DNA from: the human T2T-CHM13v2.0 reference genome, Homo sapiens
NCBI RefSeq assembly: GCF_009914755.1
Contig: NC_060933.1
DNA: 64,000 nt
Reading direction: 5' to 3' (one strand)
Below the pieces are notes generated by a model, which saw only the letters and a program-made list of their open reading frames with translations, was not told the origin of the DNA and made no database searches. Both the position numbers and the translations under genes were made by a program. Below are positions 14,578 through 28,653 of this stretch, piece by piece; positions within the stretch are counted from its first letter, which is position 1, and each line of letters starts with the position of its first letter.

Positions 14578-14929
14578 CCTCTCACCTGGCTGGGAGGGGC
14601 ACTACCCCTGGGTTGCAGGGGGCTTCTGAGATGAAGCCTATTTACCATTCCTCCTAGAAGGAGCACATCTCCCTCCGTGCACGGGGCCACACTCGCTCCG
14701 GGATGATTCCAGGTTGTACTGGAACACTGCTTCATTTCTCACCCTGAGGTGGATGCAGGAAGGAGAGAAAGACACCAGTACAGAACCCTGCTTTGGATGA
14801 GCTGATCATGCAGGTGGAAAGAAAGGACCCAGCTCCTGCTGCGAGGAACCACCCTCCCCAGTGTGGCTGTCCCCAAAGGAAAGGGGCTGAGTGGGGAACA
14901 TCCCCTGGGAGGGTCACAGGGCCTTATGA

Positions 14930-15120
14930 TGAGAAGAGCCCAGCCTCTGGAGCCACCAACTTGGGTTCAAATCCAAACTCCACTGCCCGCGGTCAGGTCC
15001 CTTCCAGGAGCTTGTGTCCTTGTGAGTCAGGGTGGTTGGGGTGATGTCACCATGTCACACAGTTTGGGAAGGTTGAAGAGGGTCAGTGATGCAAAGCGCC
15101 AGCATGTGGTAGATGCTTGA
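14930..15120 (+). mobile_element. MIR fragment; further MIR cores near 2070, 7720, 10820, 15500, 16600, 29440-29740, 42000, 44480-44740, 53290 and 62850
   Basis: TGGGTTCAAATCC and ACAGATGAGGAAAC(T/C)GAGGC-type core motifs. Confidence 0.6.
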
Positions 15121-15667
15121 GTCAGCCCCTTACTACTGGTGGCCATTTCTTCTAGGGGCTTCAGTGCCTTGTCTATGACAGGGAGGAGAGGTCTGCATGG
15201 TTCATATACGGATGCCCAATGGAGGGAGGGGCTCTTTCCCTCCGGGTTCCAGGGGGACAATGGAAGTTGCAGATGGCTGAGCCTGCACCGTAGCAGGTAT
15301 ACAATGACGCAGACACTGTGAAGTCAACTCTGACACGATTACATCCCATCTTTAGAAGAGACAGGCAGTGGGGACCTGAGAATCAACCTCCTGAGAATCA
15401 GCAGAGGATTCTGGGCTCCACTTGTGTGTGTGGAGGACGGGCCTCTGTTCCGGCATGGAGGCCTCCTTTCTGCATGAGTGTCCTGATAGGCCTCAGGCCT
15501 GTGTCCAAATCTTCACTGCTCTGCCTGGGATCCTGGGCAAGTTATTGACACTTCAGAGCCTTCCACGTGCACAATCCTGGTGCTTAGATTGGTTCGTTGG
15601 GAGGAATCTGTGAGATACGGGGTGGTGGAGAGCATTTAGCCGGGGATCTGGCCAGAGTAACTGCTCA

Positions 15668-16126
<459 letters not shown>

Positions 16127-17411
16127 TCACTGGAGGCTGGGAGGTCAGAGGAGGAATGGACCCTACCCCAAGCACCAGGCTGGATCAGAGCACATGGGCC
16201 ACGTCGCTTCCTCTTATCAGAGGAAACTGCAGAAACAGCGACAGCCTCTTTGCCCTGTTCCTGGGGCGTGACCTGCTCCGTGAATTCGGTGTCTGACTCT
16301 CCTGTCTTTCTTTTCTCATCGGCGTGCTCGCAATCCTGGGTCTGGGTTCTCTCTGTGGATGAAGAAGGGGATCTGAGCTAGAAGCAGGATAATCTGAGCT
16401 AGAAGCAGGATCCGTCTGTGGTCAGAAATTGGCTCCTGGGACAGCTGGGGGGAGTGGCCATGACCAGGGCTGTCTTTTATTGAGCCCAGAGCCTTTTGGA
16501 CGGGGGTACATCACAAAGTCATTTCCGCGTATGGATGGCCTACTAGGTGCCGGGCGCAGTGCGTCTGCTGACTCTCTGAAAGGAGAGTTTGTTTGTTTTC
16601 TATTTTATAGATGAGGGGACTGTGGAGTCAGTGGTAAAATGATTTGCTGTGGTTTGAACCCACGTCTGACCCCAGAGCCACTGTAACCCCTCCAGTATCC
16701 CGACCACTTCTTCCTGCCTCCACCTGCCTCTCAGGCCCTCCGGCCACGGTGCAGGAGGTGCTGGGTAAGTATTTGTCACCTGATTGTCAGAGGACAAGCC
16801 ATTGCTAACTTGGGTGAAATTCTGCCCAAGTCCTGACAAGAAAATGGGCCACGGGCTCGGGATGTCGGACTTGCATTTTCTTGGAGGCTGATGGTGGTGC
16901 CCCTCGCCTGGCCCTTGCCTGGGCTACCCCTGGAGGTCTTGACCCGTGAGGCTGGGAGGTCAGAGGAGGAATGGACCCTACCCCAAGCACCAGGCCGGAT
17001 CAGAGAAGAGGAGGCCTCCAGCTAAAGCCTGCATGACCCGCAAGAAGAGGAGGCCTCCAGCTAAAGCCTGATCTGCCTCTGAAGAATTTTCAATATGAGC
17101 ATTAAGAAACAGTCCATATGGTTCAGAAAAGCCTGCTCACGCCCTTCCCAGCATCTGCTGCTGATTAAGGATAAGTGAGTTCACCCGGGGGCCCTGAGCA
17201 CTGCTGGTTTGCGTGTTCTCTACATGGACAGCTGGGATTAAAGCGAGCTCCAGGGTTTTGTGCAATCCTTTAAGATAAGGAGTCCATTTGGGCTTTTGAG
17301 CAGATTGCTCCATGCAGCTGAAGTACTCCTGAGAGTCCGGAGTCAGAGCGGAGCCCACACCTCCTGGGTGGGGAGCTCGCAGGGAACGCGGGGCCAGTGA
17401 GGACCGCATTC

Positions 17412-17850
17412 CATTCACTAGTCCATTCATTCCCTTAGCCAGGTTCTTGCTCTGGGCTGGGTGCCCTGCACGGTGCTGAGGATACAGCGGGGAAAAAACC
17501 AAAACAGAACAAATCCAACCCAACCTGCTCCGGCCCCAACAAGCTAACAGCCTGGAGGTGTTAGCCAAGTGACCCGAGAACCAAGAGTGTAACATGGGCC
17601 ATGCCAAGAGGGCGGGCACTCAGTTCTGTGGGGGCCAGAGTTGCCTCGGAGGTCAGAGAGGGCTTCCTGGAGGAAGCGGCATCTGAGTCAAGATTTTGAG
17701 GGATGAGTAGGAGTTAGTGAGGTGGAGAGCTGGGGCCGTAGCCTCGCCTCCGAGACAGAGGAGACAGGCTGTGCTCTGTGGCAGGAGGGAGTGGGGCCAG
17801 TGCCTGGGGTCTGCACAGACCAGGGAGTTGGTGACCCAGGACAGCAGGGA
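17412..17850 (-). mobile_element. L2 3' fragment
   Basis: CATTCATTC tail, GGTGCTGAGGATACAGCGG, GGGCTTCCTGGAGGAAG..GGATGAGTAGGAGTTAG. Confidence 0.7.
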
Positions 17851-18850
17851 GGAGGTGGGGCCGGGGGCAGGGCCGCACGGTGGAAGCACCGAGGGGATTT
17901 CGACAATGACCACCCCCCTATCCCCTAGAGGGAGAGCTGGGAGCCAGGCTGCAGTAATGTCCCGGGGCCAGTTGTGGAGTTAACCCTTTAGTCCCTTTGA
18001 GACCCCGGTGTTTGGGGGATGGGGGTGGGGAAGTGACTGTGTACTGACCCTGACCTGTAAGGCAGTATTTCAATATCTGAAACCCTGGCCCAGCAGTCCT
18101 GGCGGCCCAGCCGCGTTGAAACCCTGGGAGCAAATGGCAGGATTCTAAGTGTGAGTGGAGAGTGTGGGGTGGGATGAAGGTGGGGCAGGGACGTCACCAG
18201 CTGCCACTCGGCTAAGCTCCCCTGACCGCAGGGTGAGGACAGAGCACACACCACCAGGTCAGAGGCTCCCGCCATCCTGTGGATGAGAGAAGGCACTGGG
18301 TGCTGGGATCAGGGTGACGGGGGGAAGACGGACCGAGGGAGCGGCATCCTGGCAGTGCCCCGGGAGGGCTGCCCTTGCCTTTGCCTGGTGAAGTCCCCTT
18401 TGAAGCCTCTTTCCAGGCACCCCGTTTGTTGAGCCTTGCCCTGGATTTTCACTGCTTAACAAAGTCTAGTTAGTAGCTGCCTTCAGACAGGCTGGGTGGG
18501 GCTTGGCCCCTGCACCTGCAGTGTCTGCCACAGTCGCATCTGTGGTTCATTCTGGAAAACCATCAGCCGGAGCCACCTGCAGTTTTCTTCTCTTTTTCAG
18601 ATGCGACTAACACTGCCCTTGTCAGGACCGCCCTTGTCAGGACAGCCTGCAGGGTCCTTAGTCTCAGGTGGCGTCCCTGCAAAGCAGACCCCGAGACAAG
18701 GGTCTGGGCACAAGTGGCTGTTCTGGAGGGGAGTCTAGGATTTGCTGCGAGGCACCGGGGGAAGCAGGATGGGAAGCAGGGAGCCCGCAAAGCAACTCAG
18801 CCTGCTGGGGACCCTCCGAGAACAGAGGCCCATGATGTGCCGAGTGGTCC

Positions 18851-19286
18851 TGCTGGGATGGTGGATGGCGTTGGGATGGTGAATGGCACTGGGGTGGTGG
18901 ATGGCACTGGGGTGGTGGTTGGTGCTGGGGTGGTGGATGGTGCTGCGGTGGTGAATGGCACCGGGGTGGTGGATGGTGCTGGGATGGTGGTTGGCGCTGG
19001 GGTGGTGGATGGCGCTGGGATGGTGGATGGCGCTGGGATGGTGAATGGCGCTGGGGTGGTGGTTGGCGCTGGGATGGTGGTTGGCGCTGGGGTGGTGGAT
19101 GGCGCTGGGGTGGTGGATGGCGCTGGTATGGTGAATGGCGCTGGGGTGGTGGATGGCGCTGGGATGGTGGTTGGCGCTGGGGTGGTGGATGGCGCTGGGG
19201 TGGTGGATGGTGCTGGGGTGGTGGATGGTGCTGGGATGGTGGATGGCGCTGGGGTGGTGGATGGCGCTGGGGTGGTGGATGGCGCC
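18851..19286. repeat. 18-bp G-rich minisatellite (GGCGCTGGGGTGGTGGAT)n, ~24 copies
   Basis: Read directly; produces the GAGVVD and HHPSAI repeat ORFs. Confidence 0.97.
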
Positions 19287-20230
19287 GGAGTACTCAGCTA
19301 CCGTTCCCATCCCCAACTGTTCTGGGGGTCCTTCAGGGGCTCTGGCACTCCAGCATTTCAGTCCACCTCATTCACAGCCTCAGCTGCCCCCGGTGGCCAG
19401 GGAAACCCTTCCAGGAAGGAAAAGGGAAGTGGGGATGCTCTCCGGGGAGTGCCTGCAAGTTGTCTCGGGGTGGATGGGGGGTGGGTGGGGGTTTGGGCCG
19501 GGCACTGATGCTGGCTGCTGGAGTCCACCCCTGGCTTCGTCCAAATCCCCTGAAGCCCCTGCCAAGTCCATTCTCATTTGTCCTTGATTCTTCAGGGTGG
19601 TGGCTAATAGCATTCCTCCCCAAACTCTTAAATCAGGAGAGCTTGTGAGTCCGGCTGCAGCCCCTGCGGCCCTCAGGCCTTCCAGCGTCACACCTGAGAT
19701 CACCACCTCCCCCTCCATCCCGTGCCGGTGTCTCTTCCTGGACCGGCACTTCCAGCCCAAGGTTGTTGCCATGGAGTGATGGAGACCTCCCTCTTTGAGG
19801 GCTGGCTTTGCCCTGGCCAGGCCTGGCTGCTGGGCTTGTCCATTACTGTTACCCTGCTGGCACCAAGCGGGGCCTAGAATCCAGGTCCCTGCCCCCTGAC
19901 GTAGCAGTGACCACAGCTCCTCCTGGTAGGCAAGGGAGGGTTTGCTTTCTTCGCTTCCTGTGTGACCAGCCAGCAGTTGCAGCGTTAGGTCAGCGGGGTC
20001 CTCACTATGGTCCCTGGAGGAAGCGCCCCACACCGGGCATCAGGACCTCTCACCCTACAGAGGAGCATCCCTCCTGCCTCCACACTTTCGTTCCTGGCCC
20101 ATGTCTTCTGTGTAATCCGTGGGTTCAAGCATACATCATATCCTGAAGGGTGATGTTTCAAAATATATACATTGTACCTGTTTTCTTTTCTTATTTATTA
20201 ATTTAATTTATCTTATTTGTTTAAGGGTGA

Positions 20231-20561
<331 letters not shown>

Positions 20562-20564
20562 CTA

Positions 20565-20990
20565 TTTTATTTTTATTGAGGTGAAATACACATAACCTAC
20601 AATCCCCCACTTTAAAATATGCAATCAGTATATTTACCAGGTGCAGCCGCCACCTCTCTCTCATTTTAAAACTTTTTTGCACTCCAGAGGAGCGTTCTTT
20701 ACCCATTAAACAGTCTCTCCCCAGCCCCTGGTAACCGTGAGTCTCCTTTCTGTCTGTATGATTTGCTTTTTCCTATTCTAGTTCGTACAAATAGGATCGT
20801 ACAGTATGAGTCTTTGGGATCTGACGTCTTCCCTGAGCCCATGTCTTTCGGGTCCCCGTTGCAGCATGCATCCGAGCTTCGCTCCTTTCTGTGGTTGAAT
20901 CACACTCCACTGTGCGGATGGGCCGGTTTTGTTTCTCCATCACCGTTGCTGGACCTTTGGGTGGCTCCCACCTTTGGGCCACTGCATTCT
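20565..20990 (-). mobile_element. L1MB-type 3' end
   Basis: TTTATTGAGGTGAAATACACATAAC..CCCAGCCCCTGGTAACC..CTTTCTGTCTGTATG. Confidence 0.75.
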
Positions 20991-23001
20991 GTATCTCGGC
21001 GCAGAGGCTGTCCCCACCCGGAGCCTTTACTAAGGACTTTAAGGAGTCTTTCCCACTCTGTCAGGCTGGCAGGTTCTGAGTGCCATGGTGCTCCTGGGTC
21101 ACGATCCCTATGCCACCTCCCTCACAGTAGCTGGTCCCTCATCAGAGGCAACCTCATGCAAGATGCCGTGTTGGCAAATGAGATGCTCTATGAGTCCTTG
21201 GAAGGTGCAGGTGGTGAGGCCACGTGGAGAGGGCAGGTGAGCCATGCTGGGATGTGGGTCCACCCAGCGAGGAAGTGGCCTCCAGGGTGGCAGGGTCAGC
21301 TGGGTTCTGACGTGTCACCAGTCATGAAGAGGTTGGTTGGTCTCCTTGAGAACTGAAGTCTCCCCTGGACAGCTCGAGTGGCTCTCTGCTCTGCTGGCAC
21401 GCGGCATTGGCAGACACGGGTGGCCTGGGCAAGAGAACCTCTCGGATGTGAGCCGTCCACGCTGCTGGGGCTGTGCGCTCGCTGTTTCAGCTCTGGGTGG
21501 CGGGGAAGGCAGGCTGACTCACTGCTGTCTCACGGGCCCAGCATCTCTCCTCCTGGCTACTCTCATACCCATGAACCAGGAGGCCCCAGACAAAGTTTCA
21601 CACGCTTCCCAGTCCATCTGCACACCTCTCCCCCAGGACACCTTGTCTCCAACTTTCCAGTCTTGCCCTTCCAGGCCCCGACCATCCTTCCAGGCCACTG
21701 ACCACTGCCCAGGACTCACAGCATATCCAAATCTCCATCCATGTCTCCCTCCATGCAACGTGGATGACAGGCGTCCTGCTGGCAGCTCCGCCTTTCAGGG
21801 CCATTCCAAGAGAGTGGGGTTGACGTACGGTCGCTGCTATGGCCTGGCACGTGCACGAAATCACTGGGCGGCCGGAGTGTGTGTGGGGCGGTGGAAAAGC
21901 CATGTTGAGAGAACATGAAATGTGTGTGGAAAATAAAGGCAGAGGGCCTGCCTGAGTGTGAGCGTACAATCGCCTGAACTCCCCTGTGGTTTTGCCATTT
22001 ATTGAATAGCGTAAACCCACAACTATTTTTTTACTGTTTGGTAATGCTTTTCAAATTTTGCAATAAACCCATTCAGCAGCAACAAGCAGAAAAAAAAAGT
22101 CATGCTTAATAACAACATTAAATTTTTATTTCTCTTTCTCGAGGAAGTTGATGATGAACTCATATATAAACTTAGTGTTGGCATTAACCATCCAATATGG
22201 GGGCTGCAGTGACACACGAGAACCGGAGGAGCGAGTCAGTCCTTCAAGCTGTCACTTTAAGAGGACTGGCTGAGGATAAGGATGGCTGAGGAACCCCTAA
22301 TACAGGACTTTGTGGAGCCTGCCACTTTATTCAGATGAAATGTCTGCTCCTCTAAATTAATTTTGCTTGCTTTTTATTCCAAATTTTCTTGTGCATGGAT
22401 TCTCAGAACTTTGCAAACCATTCATTGATGCCTGTTTAGCTTGACTCATCAGATGTGTCAAGCAGGAAGTCAGTTAAATTAGGTCCAATAATGCTTTGAT
22501 TTTTTTTTTTTTTCCTATCCAGTTGCAGGAATCTAGGTGAAGCATCTGGAAGTTTGTTTTATCACATATGCAACATCTGACGTACAGTCAATACTGCTGC
22601 AAATTCAGCAAGAAAATGTCAACATTGGCATTTTATTTGTTTTGATGATGGTGACAGGGAGATGAATTTTAGAGTACCATGGCACCATGGTAAAGACGCA
22701 GTGTTCTGACTCAATGAAGAAGCCCATTATTGGGATCTGGTTGCGGTGTACAAAACTCCTCATTGCATTTAAACAAGCTTGATATTCAACCAGTACAAAC
22801 AGAGGGTGTAGCTGTCAAAGTGTGCACATATTTTTATATACACACGGAGTAGCTGAACTGTAGTTTGGTTTGTGTCAGAGTGATGCGTATAGGAAAAACC
22901 TTTCCGCGTGGAAGCATGAACTTTCTTTTTGATTGAGCCATTGAAGAATTACCTTGTAATTCAACATGACGGTATTGAACATTTTTGAAAATGAGTCTCC
23001 A

Positions 23002-23240
23002 GGCCAGGTGCAGTGGCTCATGACTATAATCCCAGCACTACGCGTGAGAGGCCAAGGTGGGCGGATTGCTTGCGGACAGGGGTTCCAGACCAGCCTGGCC
23101 AACATGGTGAAATCCCCTGTCTACTAAAAGTACAAAAACGATCCGGGCGTAGTGGCGTTGCAGTGAGCTGAGATCACGCCACTGCACTCCAGCCTGGGTG
23201 ACAGAGCGAGACTGTCTCAAAAGAAAAAAAGAAAAGAAAA
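23002..23240 (+). mobile_element. AluS with internal right-arm deletion
   Basis: TSD GAAAATGAGTCTC(C/T)A; GTAGTGGCG joins directly to TTGCAGTGAG. Confidence 0.92.
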
Positions 23241-23995
23241 GAAAATGAGTCTCTAAATTTGGTTGCATTTTATTTAAAACCATTTGGAGGTTTTAAGTCA
23301 AGCGATTTGACAGACAGTGTCAAAACACTTGAGCTTTTGCATCTTTTTCTGCAAAGGCGAGTACACTGAGGCTTGTCCCTATGAAAGCAAGGAGGAAGCA
23401 GAACAAATTTAACTACAGGCCCAGCGGGTGTGCAATGTTCAGTTTCAAAATTGAATAACTGTGCTCTGGAAAATCTTTACTTGTGGGAAGAATGCTTTGT
23501 TGGTGCTTTTATGTTAAGTGGATACATTTACATTCTGAAACTAAGCAGAACAAAATTGAGAAGGTCATTCAAAAGAATCCTATGTAGAGACGGCCTATTT
23601 GAATTTTGTCTCACAAATATATTTGTTGAAGAAGGGCACACTAAATACAGCACCTGTGAGAATATTTGGCATGAAATATTTACACATTTAAGCAAAACAA
23701 AAACAAAACAAAAATGAAACAAACCAAAAGCCCCCAAACAGACCAACCTAGGGTTGTCAATATTCCCTACTCAGCAGAAATGGCTGGGTCCGTCAGGTTT
23801 GAGCTCAGCATCTGGTGAGAATGTATTTTTCTCAAATAAAAATGCTATTTTATTTCCAGAGAACTGGCTCTGGGGGGCATCAAAGAATTCAAATTAATTA
23901 ACATAAATTGAATGATTTGTCAGGAATTTCATGAAAAAAATATAATGCCATATTGAAAAAAACACCAGTGACAACTATTGGAGACCAGTGGCTGA

Positions 23996-24729
<734 letters not shown>

Positions 24730-24980
24730 GCATTGTATTTTTGAAAGTAGTTTAGAACTACAGTTGACCCTTGAACAACACGGGTTTGAACTGCATGGAT
24801 CCATTTGCCTGTGGATTTTCTTCCGCCTCTGCCGCTCCTGACTCAACAAGACCAACCCCCTTCCTCCTCCTCCTCCTCCTCAACCCACTCAACATGAAGA
24901 CAATGAGGATGAAAACCTTTATGAGGATCCACTTCCATTTAATGAATAAGTAAATAAATTTTCTCTTCCTTATGATTTTC

Positions 24981-25290
<310 letters not shown>

Positions 25291-25433
25291 ATGATTTTCG
25301 TAATCACATTCTTTTCTCTAGCTTACTTTATTGTAAGAATACAGTATAGATACATATATAAAATATGTGTTAATTGACTGTTATCAGTAAGACTTCTTGT
25401 CAACAGTAGGCTATTAGCAGTTAATGTTTTGGG

Positions 25434-25629
25434 AAACTCCGTCTCTACTAAAAATACAAAAATTACCTGGGCCTGGTGGTAGGCGCCCGTAATCCCAGCT
25501 ACTCAAGAGGCTGAGGCAGGAGAATCGCTTGAACCCAGGAGGTGGAGGTTGCAGTGAGCTGATGATCGCATCACTGCACTCCAGCCTGGGTGACAGAGCG
25601 AGAATCCATCGGAAAAAAAACAAAAAAAA
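25434..25629 (+). mobile_element. 5'-truncated AluS (linker plus right arm)
   Basis: Starts at AAACTCCGTCTCTACTAAAAATAC and ends in an A-rich tail. Confidence 0.9.
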
Positions 25630-26045
25630 GCTTTCTATGGATTTTCAATTGTAAGAAGTGTGGGTGCCCCGACCCCCTCGTGGTTCAAGGGCAGACTGTC
25701 TTTTATGGAGCCACCATTTTCATACACCCAGCGAGTCACTAAAATATGCATTCCCAGCCTTTATAAATTTAATGATTCCTGGTGCCCTGCCAGGAGAAAT
25801 CCTAGGTGTCCTGGTTTTAGGGATGAACCACGCGGTCACCCCAGCTGGGGGCGAGCAGAGGGACGGCTCCTCCTCCCCTGTTATTTGTCTTTGGGCCTTT
25901 GCCCCTCCCCTTGACCCTTTGCTCCTCTCTCCTCGTGCCCATCCCTAGACTGTCAGCTCCACGGGAAGAGGCCCCGCAGCCAGGACCTGCCAGCCCAGAG
26001 CCCGCTCACCGTGAGCGGTTGAATGAATCAACGCACGCAGGGACA

Positions 26046-26771
26046 AACCTGTGGGCGCGAATGCTCAGCCTCAGGAAACCTGTGCGCGGAAATGCTCAGC
26101 CTCGGGAAACCTGTGCGCGCGAAAGCTCAGCCTCGGGAAACCTGTGCGCGGAAATGCTCAGCCTCGGGAAACCTGTGCGCGGAAATGCTCAGCCTCGGGA
26201 AACCTGTGTGCGCGAAAGCTCAGCCTCGGGAAACCTGTGCGCGGAAATGCTCAGCCTCAGGAAACCTGTGTGCGGAAATGCTCAGCCTCGGGAAACCCGT
26301 GCGCGCGAAAGCTCAGCCTCGGGAAACCTGTGCGCGGAAATGCTCAGCCTCGGGAAACCTGTGTGCGCGAAAGCTCAGCCTCGGGAAACCTGTGCGCGGA
26401 AATGCTCAGCCTCGGGAAACCTGTGTGCGCGAAAGCTCAGCCTCGGAAAACCTGTGCGCGCGAAAGCTCAGCCTCGGGAAACCTGTGCGCGCGAAAGCTC
26501 AGCCTGGGGAAACCTGTGTGCGCGAAAGCTCAGCCTCGGGAAACCTGTGCGCGGAAATGCTCAGCCTCGGAAAACCTGTGCGCGCGAAAGCTCAGCCTCG
26601 GGAAACCTGTGCGCGGAACCTCGGGAAACCTGTGCGCGGAAATGCTCGGCCTCGGGAAACCTGTGTGCGCGAAAGCTCAGCCTCGGAAAACCTGTGCGCG
26701 CGAAAGCTCAGCCTCGGGAAACCTGTGCGTGGAGCCTCGGGAAACCTGTGCGCGGAAATGCTCAGCCTCGG
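26046..26771. repeat. CpG-rich 31-bp minisatellite, ~24 units of two main types
   Basis: Type A is AAACCTGTGCGCGGAAATGCTCAGCCTCGGG; type B is AAACCTGTG(C/T)GCGCGAAAGCTCAGCCTCGGG. Two 23-bp short units also occur. Confidence 0.97.
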
Positions 26772-28541
26772 GGCTCTGGCTGCCCACTTGGCCTGGGACC
26801 TTCCTGCTCCCCTGGACCCCCCTGGTCTGCCCATCCTCCTCTGTCCCGACTCAGCTCAAATGCGCCTTCTGGGGATCCCCCTGGCCCACCCAGGCCAGGC
26901 GGCCAGGCAGGGCATGGGCTCCAGAACTCTTAGCGTGGTTTTCAATCACAGTCGGGCTAAGTGTATCAGGGCTGCGTGCAGGGCTCGGAGCGGGGGGAGT
27001 GTGTCCCTAGCGAAGGGCTCTTCTCCCACCCGCCCCTCACCCCTGCTGAGTCTCCCTCCCTACCCCTGTGGGGCAACTTGGGTGGGCCCGTGGGTCCTGG
27101 GGGCACTTCGGAGGTGTCAGGGCAGGCTTGTGGGGGTATCTAGGAGTCTAGTCCAACCTAAATCACAACTCCCCCTCTGCAGCTTCAGCCTTCAGCCCTC
27201 TTCTTCCTGCCGAGGCGAGGGGGCTGCTGGGAGGTTTTGGTCCTGCAGACTCGAGAGTCGCTGGGAGGAGAGGAAAGTATGTCGGCCCCAGGTCCCGGGC
27301 TCTGCTCCTGCGCTCTGGCCTCCGGTTTCTCTGGGCGTAGGAGAGGAGGGCAGGTGAGAGGAAGGGCGGGGCTGGGGGCTGCCCATGCTTCTCTCCCGCT
27401 GCTAGCAGTCTCCTTAGGAGGACCGCTCTGTGCGTGGGGTGGAGGTGGGGGTGTCTGTGACTTCTTCCCCAACCTGCCCCCAGGACTGCCCCACCCTCCA
27501 CCCTCGAGCTGGGGGTCCCGATACTCCCGTCACATCCGTTCCCGTCACAACCTCTCTCTAGCTTCTCTTTGCAGGGCTGCCCTTGTGAGTGGGGTCCTTG
27601 AAGACCCTGGGGGTGGGGGGACAAGCCATGTGGCTGGGAACCGCCATGGGCCTCTGGGCACAGAGCTCCTCCCTGTACCTACAGCCGGCAGCCCCCCAAC
27701 CCCAGCTTCTCCCTTTCTGCCTCCCCCTGCCTCCCTGCTGCCTCTCCACTGCCTCAACGGCGGCCCTGCACCCTCTTTCCTCCTGCAGGGAGCAGACTCG
27801 GGCCCTCTCTCTGCACCCAGATGCAGTGGGGCCGGTGGAGGGGTGAGCTTAGGTCGTGGGGGACAGGGGGCCTGGTGGCTCCAGCTGGCCATGTAGCCCA
27901 CTCTGAGTCCTGTTCGCTCACTGGAGGATGGGAGTGACAGCCGGGCCCGGCCCCTGGTGGAGTCTGAGTGCCAGCTGTGGCCCACAGGGCTTGGTGAAGG
28001 GGCCTTGGGGTGAGAGGTGGGTACAGCGAGAGGCCGCCAGGCCGTGTCCTCGCCCTCCTGCCCTCTGCCTTCGTTCTCTGTCTCATGTGGGGGTGTCCAT
28101 GGACGAGCCCCCTTCCAGGACGGGCCAGGAGGACCGTGAGCAGCGGGGCCACGTGGCTGGGGAGCAGGCTTGGTGCCTCTCTGTCGCTCAGGCCAGGAGC
28201 TCTCCCTGGATCCTGCTGCTGTTGCCTGCAGCTGGGCCTGAGCCAGGGAGGCCATCCTGGGGCCCAGGGGCAGGCTTGAGGTGGGGACGTGGCATCCGCA
28301 GCCCTGGCTGGCCTTGTCTGTGGGAGGCCTAGCCAGGGCTGAGTCATCAGGAGCTGGGAGCTGAGCAGACCAGGCCCAGCTGTCTGGAGAGTCTGGGCTT
28401 ATCCCTGCGTTGTGACGAAATCACGGCGCAGAAGCCCGGGAGGGGGCTGCACTCGCAGTGGAAAAGCTGTCGTGGGCAGCAGGCTGGGCACTGAGGGGTG
28501 AGACCCTGGCCGCCCCCATGTCCAACCCACGCTGCCTGTCT

Positions 28542-28653
28542 TAGGGTGGCCCACCACGCTCACTTGCCCGGGACTGAGGGGCTTCCCAGGACTCAAGCCT
28601 TTCAGCTCTAGGGGTGGTAGAGTTTTGGGCAAAGCAAGACAGTTGTCACCCTA
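28542..28653. mobile_element. MER81-like hAT-Blackjack MITE
   Basis: 112 bp, TAGGGTGGCC...GTCACCCTA inverted ends, TTGCCCGGGACTGAGGGG body. Confidence 0.75.

Noticed and set aside
18582-18600. Strong-looking splice acceptors (also ending at 41870 and 46120) as lncRNA exons
   Set aside because: I could not pair them with convincing donors or a reading frame; transcript data are needed.
18714-19508. 264-aa GAGVVD-repeat ORF as a gene
   Set aside because: It has a GTG start, is made almost wholly of the 18-bp VNTR, and has LTR-like flanks.
22675-22692. Palindrome TACCATGG-CA-CCATGGTA
   Set aside because: It is short, lies inside a transposon fossil, and is compatible with chance.
25899-27357. 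Three overlapping long ORFs (344, 444 and 319 aa) with Cys-rich repeats
   Set aside because: A stop-free 31-bp unit cycles through all frames and so opens all three. There is no domain or splice evidence.
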